Source of the DNA: Candidatus Poribacteria bacterium
Lineage (GTDB): Bacteria > Poribacteria > WGA-4E > PCPOR2b
DNA: 64,000 nucleotides
Assembly (NCBI GenBank): GCA_965218095.1
Contig: OZ244587.1
Span: 2,048,001-2,112,000 of the forward strand
Direction of reading: 5' to 3'
Program-made: the position numbers and the translations under genes
In this document: positions 24,204-35,257 of the stretch, piece by piece
How the letters are laid out: each line of letters opens with the position of its first letter
Position numbering within the stretch: the first letter of the stretch is position 1
Notes under the pieces: model-generated
What the model was told of the DNA's origin: nothing
Database searches by the model: none
Seen by the model: the letters and a program-made list of their open reading frames with translations, nothing else

Positions 24204-24569
24204 TCACGCTTCATTTTGATCTGGGAATAAGTGAAAATCAAATTCCTTTCGTTGACTGCTCTGCACCAACTCCAACATCTGCTGACACCGACGCATCTGT
24301 CCAAGGAGTGATTTGAGATTGACCCCCAAATGCCGCTCTCCGAAGCCCTCCAGCTTTTCGCAGCCCTTCTTCCATTGGCTCTCCGTGCCCAGATGATTTC
24401 TGTTCAGAAGATGAAAGCATCCGACGCTCAGTTGGAGAAGCCCCTGATAAAAGGGACGGTCCGGACCGACCTCGAATAGCCACACATCTTCTAAAGTTTC
24501 GTGGCACTCGAAATAATCACCATCATTGAATTCTTGAACCTCCTTTTTGAGGGTTGCTTGTTTGTCCAT
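24204..24569 (-). CDS. DUF309 family protein
   Basis: FNDGDYFECHETLEDVW..FYQGLLQLSVG signature. Confidence 0.85.
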   Translation of the reverse strand: MDKQATLKKEVQEFNDGDYFECHETLEDVWLFEVGPDRPFYQGLLQLSVGCFHLLNRNHLGTESQWKKGCEKLEGFGERHLGVNLKSLLGQMRRCQQMLELVQSSQRKEFDFHLFPDQNEA

Positions 24570-24685
24570 CGTTGTTTAAGTAACGCATGTCTCCGACTTG
24601 AGCCTGATCCGATCACAAGTCAGGTGCTACTGAGCCTTCGTCTGAAATTCGCCAAAGTCAATCTAAAAGGCCGCGGAAAGATTCC

Positions 24686-26008
24686 CTAAGCCTGTTGGGT
24701 GAATTCCTCCTCATGATACACATCCTGTAATCGTGTTGCCGTCAAGAATGCAAAGAACCCCACGCCTATGGCAATCGCGAAAGTACCTTCGTAGTCAATC
24801 CACCCGACAAGTTGACCAGCGACCAGCGGCATAAAACCGAAGGGAAATACGATCGTGTTCAGGAAGCCGAGATAAGTCGGACGATTCAGGGGCGGTGCGA
24901 TGTTGATCATATACGTCACAAAGCCGATCATCATCCCGCTCATTGATGCACCGCCGAAGGCAAAAGTCAGGAAATACCACGGCACCTGCCACACCGTTGG
25001 TAAGTATCGGACAGAAATTGCAATCATCGGCGCCGTACAAGCCAGTAATGATGTGCAAATCAGTATCCATCGAATGCCATATCGCTCTCCTATGTAGCCC
25101 CATAAAACGTTTGAGATAACACCGCTGACTGCAACAACTTGAAGGAACGCCCCAATGGTCTCATCTGGAACTTTTAATTTATCCAGTGCGTAAGGCGTGT
25201 AGAAAGGTACACACATCCTTGAGACATTTACGAAGATTCGGTACAGGATGAACCATCGATAATTTCGGTCTGTCCGAAGGAAGTGTGGTCCCTGTTTGAC
25301 GTGGCGCCAAAACGTTTTGCGCCTAGTTTGGACTGGGCGAATGGGTTCACGGATTTTTAGAAAAACAACGAATGAAATCACAATTGTGAGGACAACACTT
25401 CCGAATAGAAGCGCATAATTATCAGGAAATGCTAATCCGGATTCATCGCTCAAGACATAGGTGACGAAAAAGCCGATGAGTATGGTAAAAACCCCGCCGA
25501 TGAAATTGCCCAGGCTGAAAAATCGAGCTCTTCTCTGCGGTTCAATCGTTTTGGAAATAATATCCATGTACGGCACTGATGCAGCACCCATTGATGAAGT
25601 CCCGACGAAATACAAACAGATAAAACTCACAGCAAGTAAACTATAATTACGGGAGCCGATCAGAACCGTGCACAGGGTGACCGCCAGCCACACTGCGGTG
25701 TGGAAGAGCATGCCAATTATATAGAAAGGCATCTTACGGGAACGGTGTTCCAGCAAATTTGAGATAAACAGTTGGGGCCACATCCAACCAACCGACATAA
25801 AGGAGCCGGTCAAGCCGACAAGGGTGTTTGAGGAAGTAAGCTTATAAATAAAGGCGGAAAGAAGTGTTCTGGGATCCGTTAAGGCAAAGGACATCCGCAT
25901 AAATGTGCCTTGAAGTACAGCGATACGAAAGTTACGGTTTTGTTCACGCGCTTCGCCTTCTTTCTGTTGAGGCTGTGGCTCTGATATGTCCGTCGAAGCA
26001 ATTTTCAT
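24686..26008 (-). CDS. MFS transporter
   Basis: About 12 hydrophobic segments; paralog of the upstream gene with the same MKIASTD N-terminus. Confidence 0.85.
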   Translation of the reverse strand: MKIASTDISEPQPQQKEGEAREQNRNFRIAVLQGTFMRMSFALTDPRTLLSAFIYKLTSSNTLVGLTGSFMSVGWMWPQLFISNLLEHRSRKMPFYIIGMLFHTAVWLAVTLCTVLIGSRNYSLLAVSFICLYFVGTSSMGAASVPYMDIISKTIEPQRRARFFSLGNFIGGVFTILIGFFVTYVLSDESGLAFPDNYALLFGSVVLTIVISFVVFLKIREPIRPVQTRRKTFWRHVKQGPHFLRTDRNYRWFILYRIFVNVSRMCVPFYTPYALDKLKVPDETIGAFLQVVAVSGVISNVLWGYIGERYGIRWILICTSLLACTAPMIAISVRYLPTVWQVPWYFLTFAFGGASMSGMMIGFVTYMINIAPPLNRPTYLGFLNTIVFPFGFMPLVAGQLVGWIDYEGTFAIAIGVGFFAFLTATRLQDVYHEEEFTQQA

Positions 26009-26025
26009 AGGGGGTTGGGCTTTCC

Positions 26026-27341
26026 TTATTGAGAGATTTCCTCCTCGTGATACACATCTTCTAGCCGTGTTGCGATTAAGAATCCAAAGAACCCTATCCC
26101 CACGGCGATTGCGAATACACCTTCATAGCCAAGTAATCCAACAAGTTTACCAGCAATCACTGGCATAAGACCGCAGGGGAATAGTATTGTATTCATGAAA
26201 CCGATATAGGTCGGACGGATTCGGGGCAGTGCGATATTGATCATATACGTCATAAACCCGACCATCATGCCGCTCATTGATCCACCATTGAGGGCAAAAA
26301 TCAGGAGATAGAATGGTACCTGCCAAGACATCGGTAAGTAGCGAACAGAAACAACAACCAGCGGCGCCATACAAGCCATTGCCAATGTGAAAATCAAGAT
26401 CCATCGCACGCCATATTTCTCTCCGACATAGATCCATAAAGTGTTGGAGATAACCCCGCTGAACGCGCCAGTCGCAATGAACAATCCAACAGTCGATTCT
26501 GGAATTTCTAATTTGTCCAGTGCATAGGGAACATAGAAAGGTACGCACATCCCCGCAACATGGGTACAGATTCGAAAGAAGAGGAATAATCGATAATTTC
26601 GGTCTGTCCGCAGAAAGTGCGGTCCCTGCTTCAGATGGCGCCCAAGTGTTCGGCGCTCGGTTTGGACCGGGTGAAGGGGTTCGCGAATATTAAGAAAAGT
26701 AACTAACGCAGTCCCAACGGCGACAGTAACACATCCAAACAGGAGCGCATAATTAGCAGGAAATGTTAATCCCGATTTATCACTCAAGACATACCGGACG
26801 AAAAAGCCGATGAATATCGTGAAAATGCCCCCCGTGATATTGCGCAAGCTGAAAAATCGAGACCGTTTCTGTAGTTCAATTGTCTTGGAGATAATATCCA
26901 TGTACGGAAGTGTTGAGACGCCCATTGACGAAGCATCGATGAAATATAAACACAGAAAGCTTACAGCGAGTAAACTATAGCTCCGAGAACCGATCAGGAG
27001 TGTACACAGAAAAATCGCGAACCACGTTAAAGTGGGAGACTCATGCCGAGTGCGTAGAAAGGCATCTTACGGGAACGGTGCTCCAGCAGATTTGAAATCA
27101 GCAGTTGGGGCCACATCCAGCCGGCTGATATAATTGAACCGGTCAAACCGACGAAGGTGTTTGAGGCGGTGAGCTTATAAACAAAAGCGGAAAGAACAGT
27201 TGTCGAATCAGCAAAGGCGAAAGAGATCCGCATGAATGTGCCTTGCAGCACAGCAATCCAAAAATTGCGTTTTTGTTCACGCGCTTTCTCTTTTCTCTGC
27301 GGAGACGCTTGCTCTAATGTGTCCGTCGAAGCAATTTTCAT
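26026..27341 (-). pseudogene. MFS transporter paralog, frameshifted near 27030
   Basis: ORFs 27027-27341 and 26026-26925 together are colinear with 24686-26008. Confidence 0.8.
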
Positions 27342-27968
27342 GGGCGCCTAGTTGTCCTTAACCTCCAGGTACTGGAAAGGGTGTGTGATTCAAATGAAAC
27401 AGGGGGGATACATCCATAACGACATTGTTTGACTGTATTTTCGTCTTTTGGGTTAATCAAAAATGAATGCCCACCGGCCCCCAATTCCCTGATGCTTCGC
27501 ATCGTGGATTCTCGGTATGGAGCACCGGGACTTCGGGAGTTTTTGCGATTCTCCCCTTCCCCCCAACTTTGGGAGAATTGAGGGGGGCGGGAGCCAATGA
27601 TCTCTTTTAATCTCAGGACTTACGCAATTGCATAATACGCAATTGCATAAGTTGATTAACCCACAACCTGTTGTTATCCCTGTATCTTGAATCTTGCATC
27701 AGATTCAGGAGTCATGATTCAAGATACTATGAAACTACATGTTCTGCATATTGGCTGCGTAAGTCCTAAATCTAACAAAGTCAAGATAAGTCTTGCACAC
27801 CAAATAAATTCAGATCATAAAATTGACCACCAAAAGCCATCAACGCAATCAATGAAAATTGTTATCGTCATCAGTGGACGATCTATAATAGTATTATACA
27901 CTATGTTTCACCTTTCACGCATCATGAATCACCGTCATATTTCACAAAACTCATGAAAGGAAGCAATA

Positions 27969-28916
27969 ATGTCTAAACCGAAAGTTTTGATTGCAAGTCG
28001 TCCGGGGGCAGAAGTTGAAGGCATGCTCCAGGGTGCCCCACCGGAGGTCGAGATCCAATTCTTACCCGAAGGAGAGAAACTTGGTGATCACGTCTCAGAT
28101 GTCGAGGTTCTCTACGGTACTATCGGCGAAGAAGATTTCCCCAAGGCGAAAGTGCTGCGTTGGGTGCAACAGTCCTTCGTCGGCGTCGAATGGGCGAGGT
28201 ATCCCGCTTTCAGAGAGAGCGATGTGATACTGGTCAATAGCCGGGTGCTGTTTGGCCCCCAGATTGCTGAACACGCCTTTGCGCTCTTGCTCTCACTGAC
28301 GCGCCGCATCACAACGCAACTGGATTTCATGAGACGAAAACACTGGGGCGGAGCGCCGTGCATCGAATTGGCGGGAATGACAATGGGGATTCTCGGACTT
28401 GGCGGCATCGGTCGCGCAATCGCTGTGCGAGCAAAGGCGTTCGATTTCAAAGTGATTGCCGTCGATAAAGAGCCTATGGAAAAGCAGGATACAGTTGATG
28501 CACTCGGTCAACTCGACTGGCTACCGGAATTTCTCTCCAAATCAAATGTCTTGATGGTCTGCTGTCCAATTACGCCGGAGACCCATAAGTTCCTATCGCA
28601 CGCGCAGTTTAATCTTTTGCCGGGTGGCAGTTACCTCATCAATGTCAGCCGCGGGAAAGTGGTCGACGAGGACGCCTTAATCGCCGCGCTGGATAGCGGC
28701 AAGCTGGCGGGTGCGGGGTTGGATGTAACTTATACCGAACCGTGTCCACCACAGAGCCCATTATGGACGAAACCGAATGTGATCTTAACCTCCCATACCG
28801 CGGGGTTATCTCAGAACATCTCCAAGCGCGCCATGGGTCTATTTATCAATAACTTGCATCGCTATGTCAGAGGCGAACCGCTGGTCAACGCTGTGGACAA
28901 GCAGAAGGGGTATTGA
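27969..28916 (+). CDS. D-2-hydroxyacid dehydrogenase family protein
   Basis: GILGLGGIG, LINVSRG, AGLDV..EP, TSHTAG. Confidence 0.92.
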   Translation: MSKPKVLIASRPGAEVEGMLQGAPPEVEIQFLPEGEKLGDHVSDVEVLYGTIGEEDFPKAKVLRWVQQSFVGVEWARYPAFRESDVILVNSRVLFGPQIAEHAFALLLSLTRRITTQLDFMRRKHWGGAPCIELAGMTMGILGLGGIGRAIAVRAKAFDFKVIAVDKEPMEKQDTVDALGQLDWLPEFLSKSNVLMVCCPITPETHKFLSHAQFNLLPGGSYLINVSRGKVVDEDALIAALDSGKLAGAGLDVTYTEPCPPQSPLWTKPNVILTSHTAGLSQNISKRAMGLFINNLHRYVRGEPLVNAVDKQKGY

Positions 28917-29030
28917 AGGAAAGACAAAGGAAAATAAGTATGCAGGTTCATTTACCTTTACCTTCATTGCCATATATTACATCACATATCACGCATCACG
29001 TTTCACGAACATGTCTGGAGGAGGTTTACG

Positions 29031-29804
29031 ATGGTATTAAAGGATCGAATCGCTATTGTAACGGGCGGCGGTTCAGGAATTGGGCGGGGGATTGCCATCG
29101 AACTCGCCCATGAAGGAGCTGGTGTCGCTGTCGCCGACATTCAGGAAGCCCCGCGTCGTGGCAAATACCACGAACAGGATACGAGGACGCCAACCGTCGA
29201 AGAGATTGAGAAACTGGGAGCGCAGGGGATATTCATCCAGACCGATGTGGCAGATGACTCACAAGTTAATCGACTCATTCAGCAAACAGTGAAACACTTC
29301 GGCGGACTGGATATCCTCGTCAACAATGCCGGCATCTACATTCCCGGCGCCAGCCAGGAAATCACAATTGCCGATTGGGACAAGGTGGTTAGTATAAACC
29401 TGCGCGGCGTCTTTGTCGTGACGAAATTTGCGATTCCGTACTTGACAAAATCTCAATATGGGCGTATCATCCAAATTGCTTCTGTTCACGCTTACGGCGG
29501 CGGCGGCGGTCCAGCCTACGCTTCTGCAAAAGCGGCGCTCATCAACATGGTGCGTGACACCGCGCTGGAGATTGGGCAATACAGTGTCACGGTCAACGCG
29601 ATCTGCCCCGGCTATATTGAGACAGCGATTCAGGACTACCTGATCCCGGAACAGATCGAAGAAGCGAAGCAAAGAACCGTGTTGCCGCGTTTTGGTTTAC
29701 CGCGAGACATTGGCCGGGCGTCGGTTTTCCTGGCATCGGATGATGCAGAGTGGATCACTGGCGCCTCGCTGGTTGTCGATGGGGGATACATTGCCGCTGT
29801 TTAA
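29031..29804 (+). CDS. SDR family oxidoreductase
   Basis: TGGGSGIG, NNAG, YASAK. Confidence 0.93.
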   Translation: MVLKDRIAIVTGGGSGIGRGIAIELAHEGAGVAVADIQEAPRRGKYHEQDTRTPTVEEIEKLGAQGIFIQTDVADDSQVNRLIQQTVKHFGGLDILVNNAGIYIPGASQEITIADWDKVVSINLRGVFVVTKFAIPYLTKSQYGRIIQIASVHAYGGGGGPAYASAKAALINMVRDTALEIGQYSVTVNAICPGYIETAIQDYLIPEQIEEAKQRTVLPRFGLPRDIGRASVFLASDDAEWITGASLVVDGGYIAAV

Positions 29805-29831
29805 CATTCAGTATCAGGTGGGTTTATACTA

Positions 29832-30667
29832 GGTTCTGTTGACATTTCAAGGGAGCCATATAAGAAGGGGGCCATATAAGAGTGGAGACAAAGCTGAGAA
29901 ATCCAAAATAACGGATAGCTAACTTCTCGAACCGAGAGAAGATGCGGCGATACCATTTTATCTTGTTAATGAAACATTCAACCCGATGTCTCTCTTTGTA
30001 CAGATGTTTGTCGTAATCTCTTTGATCCACACGATGACTTTTGGGCGGTATCACCGCAATCGCTCCATTCGCCTCAATAACCGCGATAAAATTGTCGGAG
30101 TCATATCCCTTGTCTCCAATCACATACTCGCTTTTATATCCAAGTATCAACCCTTCTGCTTCCGCTATGTCGTTTCTTTGACCGGGCGTCAGATGTATTC
30201 TTAGGGGATTACCCAGGCCGTCAACTGTGATGTGAATTTTTGTACTGAATCCCCCGCGAGAGCAGCCTAACGCTTGGTTTTCAGTGCCACCCTTTTTTTT
30301 TCGGCACCCGCCGCACACGGGTGCGCGCGAATGATTGTACTGTCCACAATAAGCGACTCGATATCGGGGTCAGAGGCGAAGTGGTGGTGCATCTGTGTGA
30401 AGATACCTTTGTCGCACCACCGAGCAAAACGCTTATAGAGGGTGTTCGATTTACCATAGGTGTCTGGCAGAAGTCCCCATTGAGCACCGCTACGGGTCGC
30501 CCAGAGAATAGCTTCGATAAAGCGGCGTGTTGTCGCTTCGTTGCCAACATAGATGTTGGGACAAGTTAGAAGAAACGAGTATATCTTATTCCATTGGTCA
30601 TCGGGTAAGGTTATTGGCATCATTCTTCTATTATGCCACAACCTTATACTCAAATGTCAACAGAACC
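29832..30667 (-). mobile_element. IS5-family (IS427-group-like) insertion sequence, copy 2; carries the exact protospacer of CRISPR spacer 1
   Basis: Same 16-bp TIRs and TA flanks as copy 1; orfA/orfB overlap at an A9 slippery run (30293-30301); one 16-nt duplication near the 3' end. Confidence 0.95.
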
Positions 30668-30874
30668 TAATTTGCAATGGATTTGGTAAGGTAGCGTATG
30701 TCTTCCGACTTGCGCCGTTGCGGATCACAAGTCAGGAAACTCCAATTGCATCGTGGGCAGGCTATGTGCTACGAATATTACTGGTTGGAACGCAAATTGG
30801 TATTAGGCCTTACAATCTACGCAATACGTGCCACACATCTCACACTATAGATCAAAATGGAAAAGGAGATTTTC

Positions 30875-31948
30875 ATGAGTCAGAAAACTTATCGTGCTGC
30901 TGCCATTGGGTATACCGGCGCAGGAAATTATGGACACGGACTTCACCTCCCTTTCAAAGAGTTGGAAAACGTCGAATTCGCTGCGGTTGCCGATCCGGAT
31001 GAAGTTGGACGAAAAGCGACGATGGAGGAAACGGGGGCATTACGCGGTTATGCCGATTACCATGAAATGCTCGACAAGGAAGAACTGGACATCGTCAGCG
31101 TCGGCCCACGCTGGACTACCGAGCGCCTTGATATGGTGCTGGCGTGCATCGAAGCGGACTGCCATATCTACTGCGAGAAGCCGATGACCGCCACCCTTGC
31201 TGATGGTGATCGGATTGTCAACGCAGCCGGGCAGAAAGGGTTGAAAGTTGCAGTCGCACATCAAGGGGTGTATCTCCTGGCGATTCAAGGTGTCAAGAAG
31301 ATACTGAACGATGGTAGGATTGGCACAGTCCAAGCGATTCACGCGCACGGCAAGCAAGACCGGCGGGGCGGCGGCGAAGACATGATCGTTCTTGGCACAC
31401 ATCTGTTCAACACAATGCGCTACTTTGTCGGAGATGTCAAATGGATGCACGCCCATGTCACGGAAAATGGGAAGGAGGTTACCCGCGCTGATGCACGCGA
31501 CGCCACCGAGCCTGTTGGTCCCGTCGCTGGTGATTGCATCAATAGCTACTTTGCGTTTGAAAGCGGCGTTTCTGGATTTTTCGATTCGCGGAAAGATCAG
31601 GTAGGCAGTAATCACTACAGCATGGAGCTCATCGGCAGCGAAGGCAGGTTATCGCTCCACGGGGGTGGTGGAGATGGGTTGGTAATCTATCCCTATTCGT
31701 GCTGGACGCCAGCCGATGCTTCTCAGAAATGGGAGCCCGTGCAGTTCGACGACATGCCTTTTTCTAGCGGCAATAACCTTGCGATCCTCGACCTGATTGA
31801 CGCAATCGAAAATGACCGGAAGCCAACTTCCAGCGCAGAGGATGCAGTTGCGGCGTTGGAGATGATCCTCGGCACCTATGAATCACAACTCACAGGGAAA
31901 CGTGTTCCTTTCCCTATTGAAAATCGTGAGCATCCGCTGCAAAGGTAA
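30875..31948 (+). CDS. Gfo/Idh/MocA family oxidoreductase
   Basis: N-terminal Rossmann fold, YCEKP, GTHLFN. Confidence 0.9.
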   Translation: MSQKTYRAAAIGYTGAGNYGHGLHLPFKELENVEFAAVADPDEVGRKATMEETGALRGYADYHEMLDKEELDIVSVGPRWTTERLDMVLACIEADCHIYCEKPMTATLADGDRIVNAAGQKGLKVAVAHQGVYLLAIQGVKKILNDGRIGTVQAIHAHGKQDRRGGGEDMIVLGTHLFNTMRYFVGDVKWMHAHVTENGKEVTRADARDATEPVGPVAGDCINSYFAFESGVSGFFDSRKDQVGSNHYSMELIGSEGRLSLHGGGGDGLVIYPYSCWTPADASQKWEPVQFDDMPFSSGNNLAILDLIDAIENDRKPTSSAEDAVAALEMILGTYESQLTGKRVPFPIENREHPLQR

Positions 31949-32069
31949 ATGTCGAATGAACTACTAAGACACGAAGACACAAAGATTTCCCCCTCATTTC
32001 CAGTTCCTTCGTGCCATGGTGTCTTTGTGGTTAAGGAATTAAATCTCCCTTGCTGAGAAACGTTTGATA

Positions 32070-32098
32070 TTGACGTTACTCCTTTTTCGTGTTAGAAT
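32070..32098 (+). promoter_or_regulatory. Putative sigma70 promoter of the nfeD-floA operon
   Basis: TTGACG-17 nt-TAGAAT with an extended -10 TG. Confidence 0.55.
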
Positions 32099-32213
32099 GA
32101 AGGAACAAGGTTGCCCCTTTCTCTCAAGAGCATACATCGCCGTACAAGATTTGTGCACCTTGTCGAACGATCCGGAATTTTCAGCGTTTACTTCAAAGGG
32201 GGAGGGCACTTCC

Positions 32214-33743
32214 ATGAAAAGCAAAAGAGGTATTTTCAGCGGTATATTGATACTACTTGGCAGCTTGTTATCAATTTCCTGGCTGGCAGCCTTATCGGAT
32301 GATGCGCTCGTGTATGTTATCAATATACGGAATGAGATCGGGAATGGGCTCCGCGTGTATATTGATAACGGGATTCGGCAGGCGGAGGAAACGGACGCAG
32401 ACGCGATGATTTTTGACGTTCATACGCCCGGAGGCGCTGTCGGAGCGGCACGGGATATTATTGACGCGATTCAACGCACAGACATCCCCACGATTGCTTA
32501 CGTCAACACAGAGGCAATCTCTGCCGGCGCGATGATTTCCCTATCTTGTGATCAGATTGTCATGAGACACGGTGGCACGATCGGTGATTCCGCGCCAGTC
32601 ACGATTCAGGGCGACGAACTCAATGAGAAAGCCGTTTCCTACATTCGCGGAAAGATTCGCGCTACGGCAGAACGACAGGGCAGAAACCCTGCCATTGCTG
32701 CCGCAATGGTGGATAAACGCCTCTATCTCGTCAGGTTGGCGGAGGGCGAAATTATCACGCTCAGACATGAACAATATAACGAGAGGAAAGAGGCCGGCGA
32801 AGAGATGGAGATCATCGCGTCCGGAGGCCCTGAGGGTGAACTGCTGACTTTAACGACTGAAGAAGCCTTGCGGTATAACCTAGCGGATGGGGAGGCAGAT
32901 ACTATCGAAGATCTGTTGGCGATGTACCAGATTGTCGAAGTCGATGGGGAACGCAAAGCCTTAACGATGGAAACAGTTGTGGAGAAACAAGCGGAGTTGG
33001 GTGATGATAGTGTAAAAACAATTAAGTCCCTGGAAAATGCAACGATTCAGGAAGTCATACTGACGTTGATGGATCGCTTTGTTCTTTTCATCACCAGCCC
33101 AGTGATCAGTGCAATGCTCTTAGCTTTCGGAGGAATTGGACTATGGGTGGAGATTCAGACGCCCGGTTTCGGTTTCCCTGGTATTGCTGGGCTCATCTGT
33201 CTGGCACTGGTGTTTGGGGGACACCGCCTGCTTAATATTGGCGTGGATTATGCGATACTGGCATTCATCGTTGGTGTTGCTTTACTTCTGCTAGAGTTCT
33301 TTGTCATACCGGGATTTGGCATTGCGGGCATCTTTGGCATTGTGCTGATGTTGGGCAGCGTCTTTTTTGTCTTCAAAAACGCCTACGCACTCAGCACCGC
33401 AATCACGTCGCTTTCTATCTCGATCCTCACCATGTTCCTCGTTGGAATTGTTCTCGCTTATATCTTGCCCAAAACCCGTACATGGAGCAACTTCATTTTG
33501 GACACAGCGATGGACTCAGCAATGGGTTATCATTCTGCGGGGGAAGAAGATTTCCAGAGCTATCTAGGCAAAACCGGCGTCGCCATTACACCGCTGCGAC
33601 CGGCCGGTACGGTTCGTGTCGGAGATAAGCGACTCGATGTCGTCACTGTCGGCGATTTTATCGCATCGGAAACATCTGTTAAAATCGTAAATGTCGAAGG
33701 ATCTAAAATCTTCGTCGAAGCGATTGATGAAACGGCTTCTTAG
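32214..33743 (+). CDS. nfeD: Long NfeD family protein (ClpP-like serine protease, TM region, OB fold; YqeZ-like)
   Basis: HTPGG, AISAGAMI, EKAVSY, ELLTLT, EIQTPGFG, TPLRPAG. Confidence 0.9.
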   Translation: MKSKRGIFSGILILLGSLLSISWLAALSDDALVYVINIRNEIGNGLRVYIDNGIRQAEETDADAMIFDVHTPGGAVGAARDIIDAIQRTDIPTIAYVNTEAISAGAMISLSCDQIVMRHGGTIGDSAPVTIQGDELNEKAVSYIRGKIRATAERQGRNPAIAAAMVDKRLYLVRLAEGEIITLRHEQYNERKEAGEEMEIIASGGPEGELLTLTTEEALRYNLADGEADTIEDLLAMYQIVEVDGERKALTMETVVEKQAELGDDSVKTIKSLENATIQEVILTLMDRFVLFITSPVISAMLLAFGGIGLWVEIQTPGFGFPGIAGLICLALVFGGHRLLNIGVDYAILAFIVGVALLLLEFFVIPGFGIAGIFGIVLMLGSVFFVFKNAYALSTAITSLSISILTMFLVGIVLAYILPKTRTWSNFILDTAMDSAMGYHSAGEEDFQSYLGKTGVAITPLRPAGTVRVGDKRLDVVTVGDFIASETSVKIVNVEGSKIFVEAIDETAS

Positions 33744-33817
33744 GTATTCGGGCTTGAGCGTTCACGTTTCATACCTGATGCCTCATCCCCATCATGCCTT
33801 ACGCATTACGAGATCCT

Positions 33818-34300
33818 ATGTCATGGCTTTCGATTTTCCTCATCGGTTTGGGCGTCTTATTATTATTCATTGAAATTGTCTTACTCCCCGGCTTTGGGGC
33901 GGCCGGGGTTCCGGCAATTGTGTTGATGGTCGTCGGTATAGTGCTTGTGTGGTCAGAGTTTGGATTGGAAACCGCCCTGATTTATGTCGGCTCGACAGTG
34001 GTATTCACCATCCCAGTTGCAATACTGGGATTGTGGCTTGCCCCTCACACAAGATTTGTAAAATCGCTCATACTTGATACGGCTGAGAATCGCGCAGACG
34101 GATTTCAAGCACCCCCGCAAGATTTGGTCAACCTGGTTGGCAAATCGGGCAGGTCGATTACCCCTTTACGCCCTGCTGGTACTGTATCAATCAATGGTCA
34201 CCGTGTTGATGTCGTTTCGCAAGGAGAATTTATTGAAGCGAAAACAGAGGTCGAAGTTATCTTCGTAGAAGGAAGTCGTGTCGTTGTCAGAAGTTTGTGA
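33818..34300 (+). CDS. Short NfeD family protein
   Basis: EIVLLPGFG, TPLRPAG, RVDVVSQGEFI, VEGSRVVV. Confidence 0.85.
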   Translation: MSWLSIFLIGLGVLLLFIEIVLLPGFGAAGVPAIVLMVVGIVLVWSEFGLETALIYVGSTVVFTIPVAILGLWLAPHTRFVKSLILDTAENRADGFQAPPQDLVNLVGKSGRSITPLRPAGTVSINGHRVDVVSQGEFIEAKTEVEVIFVEGSRVVVRSL

Positions 34301-34341
34301 ACGCAAATAGTTAAAGTCACCTTATATTCAAGGAGAGTTAT

Positions 34342-35244
34342 ATGCCTGCAGAATGGTTGTCGATAGTGCCTATTCTTGTGATAATTGTCTTACTATTGTT
34401 ACTCTTTTGGGCAGTGCCAGTTGGGCTTTGGATTGCAGCCCGTTTTGCCGGCGTACGCGTCCGTCTCATCGGAGACCTGCTTTTTATGCGCTTGCGTCGC
34501 GTCAATCCTCCTGTGATTGTGAATGCCCAGATTAATGCGACGAAAGCTGGGCTCCAGATTAACATAGCAGATCTCGAAGCCCACTACCTAGCGGGTGGCA
34601 CTGTCCCGCGTGTCGTCAACGCCTTAATTGCTGCTGACAAAGCGAAGATTGAACTTCCTCTTCAGCAAGCAACCGCAATCGATTTAGCCGGACGAGACGT
34701 ACTTGATGCTGTGCAGGTAAGTGTGAATCCACGAGTTATTACAACACCACGAATCACCGCCGTTGCCCTCGATGGGGTTCAACTCATCGCTACAGTGCGC
34801 ATTACTGTTAGAGCAAATATCAACCGGCTGGTTGGAGGGGCGGGCGAAGAAACAATAATCGCCCGGGTTGGTGAAGGAATCGTCAGTGCGATTGGCGCCT
34901 CAGAAACTTATGAGGATGTTCTGGAAAACCCCGACATTATCTCCAGAACAGTGTTAGATCGCGGGCTGGATTCAGGAACAGCTTACGATATTCTCTCAAT
35001 TGATATTGCTGATATAAATGTCGGAAAAAACATTGGCGCTGAATTGCAAGCCGAACAAGCAGAAGCAGATCTTGTCGTCGCTCAAGCAAAGGCTGAGGAA
35101 AGACGGGCGATGGCAGTCGCCCGTAAACAAGAAATGACCGCGAAAGTTCAGGAAATGCGCGCAAAATATGTTGAAGCCGAAGCTGGCGTTCCTCGCGCCA
35201 TCGCCGGCGCATTCCGAGCCGGAAATCTTATAAGCCAAGTTTAG
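34342..35244 (+). CDS. floA: Flotillin-like protein FloA (YqfA) paralog 1
   Basis: [44 protein letters not shown]. Confidence 0.92.
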   Translation: MPAEWLSIVPILVIIVLLLLLFWAVPVGLWIAARFAGVRVRLIGDLLFMRLRRVNPPVIVNAQINATKAGLQINIADLEAHYLAGGTVPRVVNALIAADKAKIELPLQQATAIDLAGRDVLDAVQVSVNPRVITTPRITAVALDGVQLIATVRITVRANINRLVGGAGEETIIARVGEGIVSAIGASETYEDVLENPDIISRTVLDRGLDSGTAYDILSIDIADINVGKNIGAELQAEQAEADLVVAQAKAEERRAMAVARKQEMTAKVQEMRAKYVEAEAGVPRAIAGAFRAGNLISQV

Positions 35245-35257
35245 AAGGAGGTTTCAG

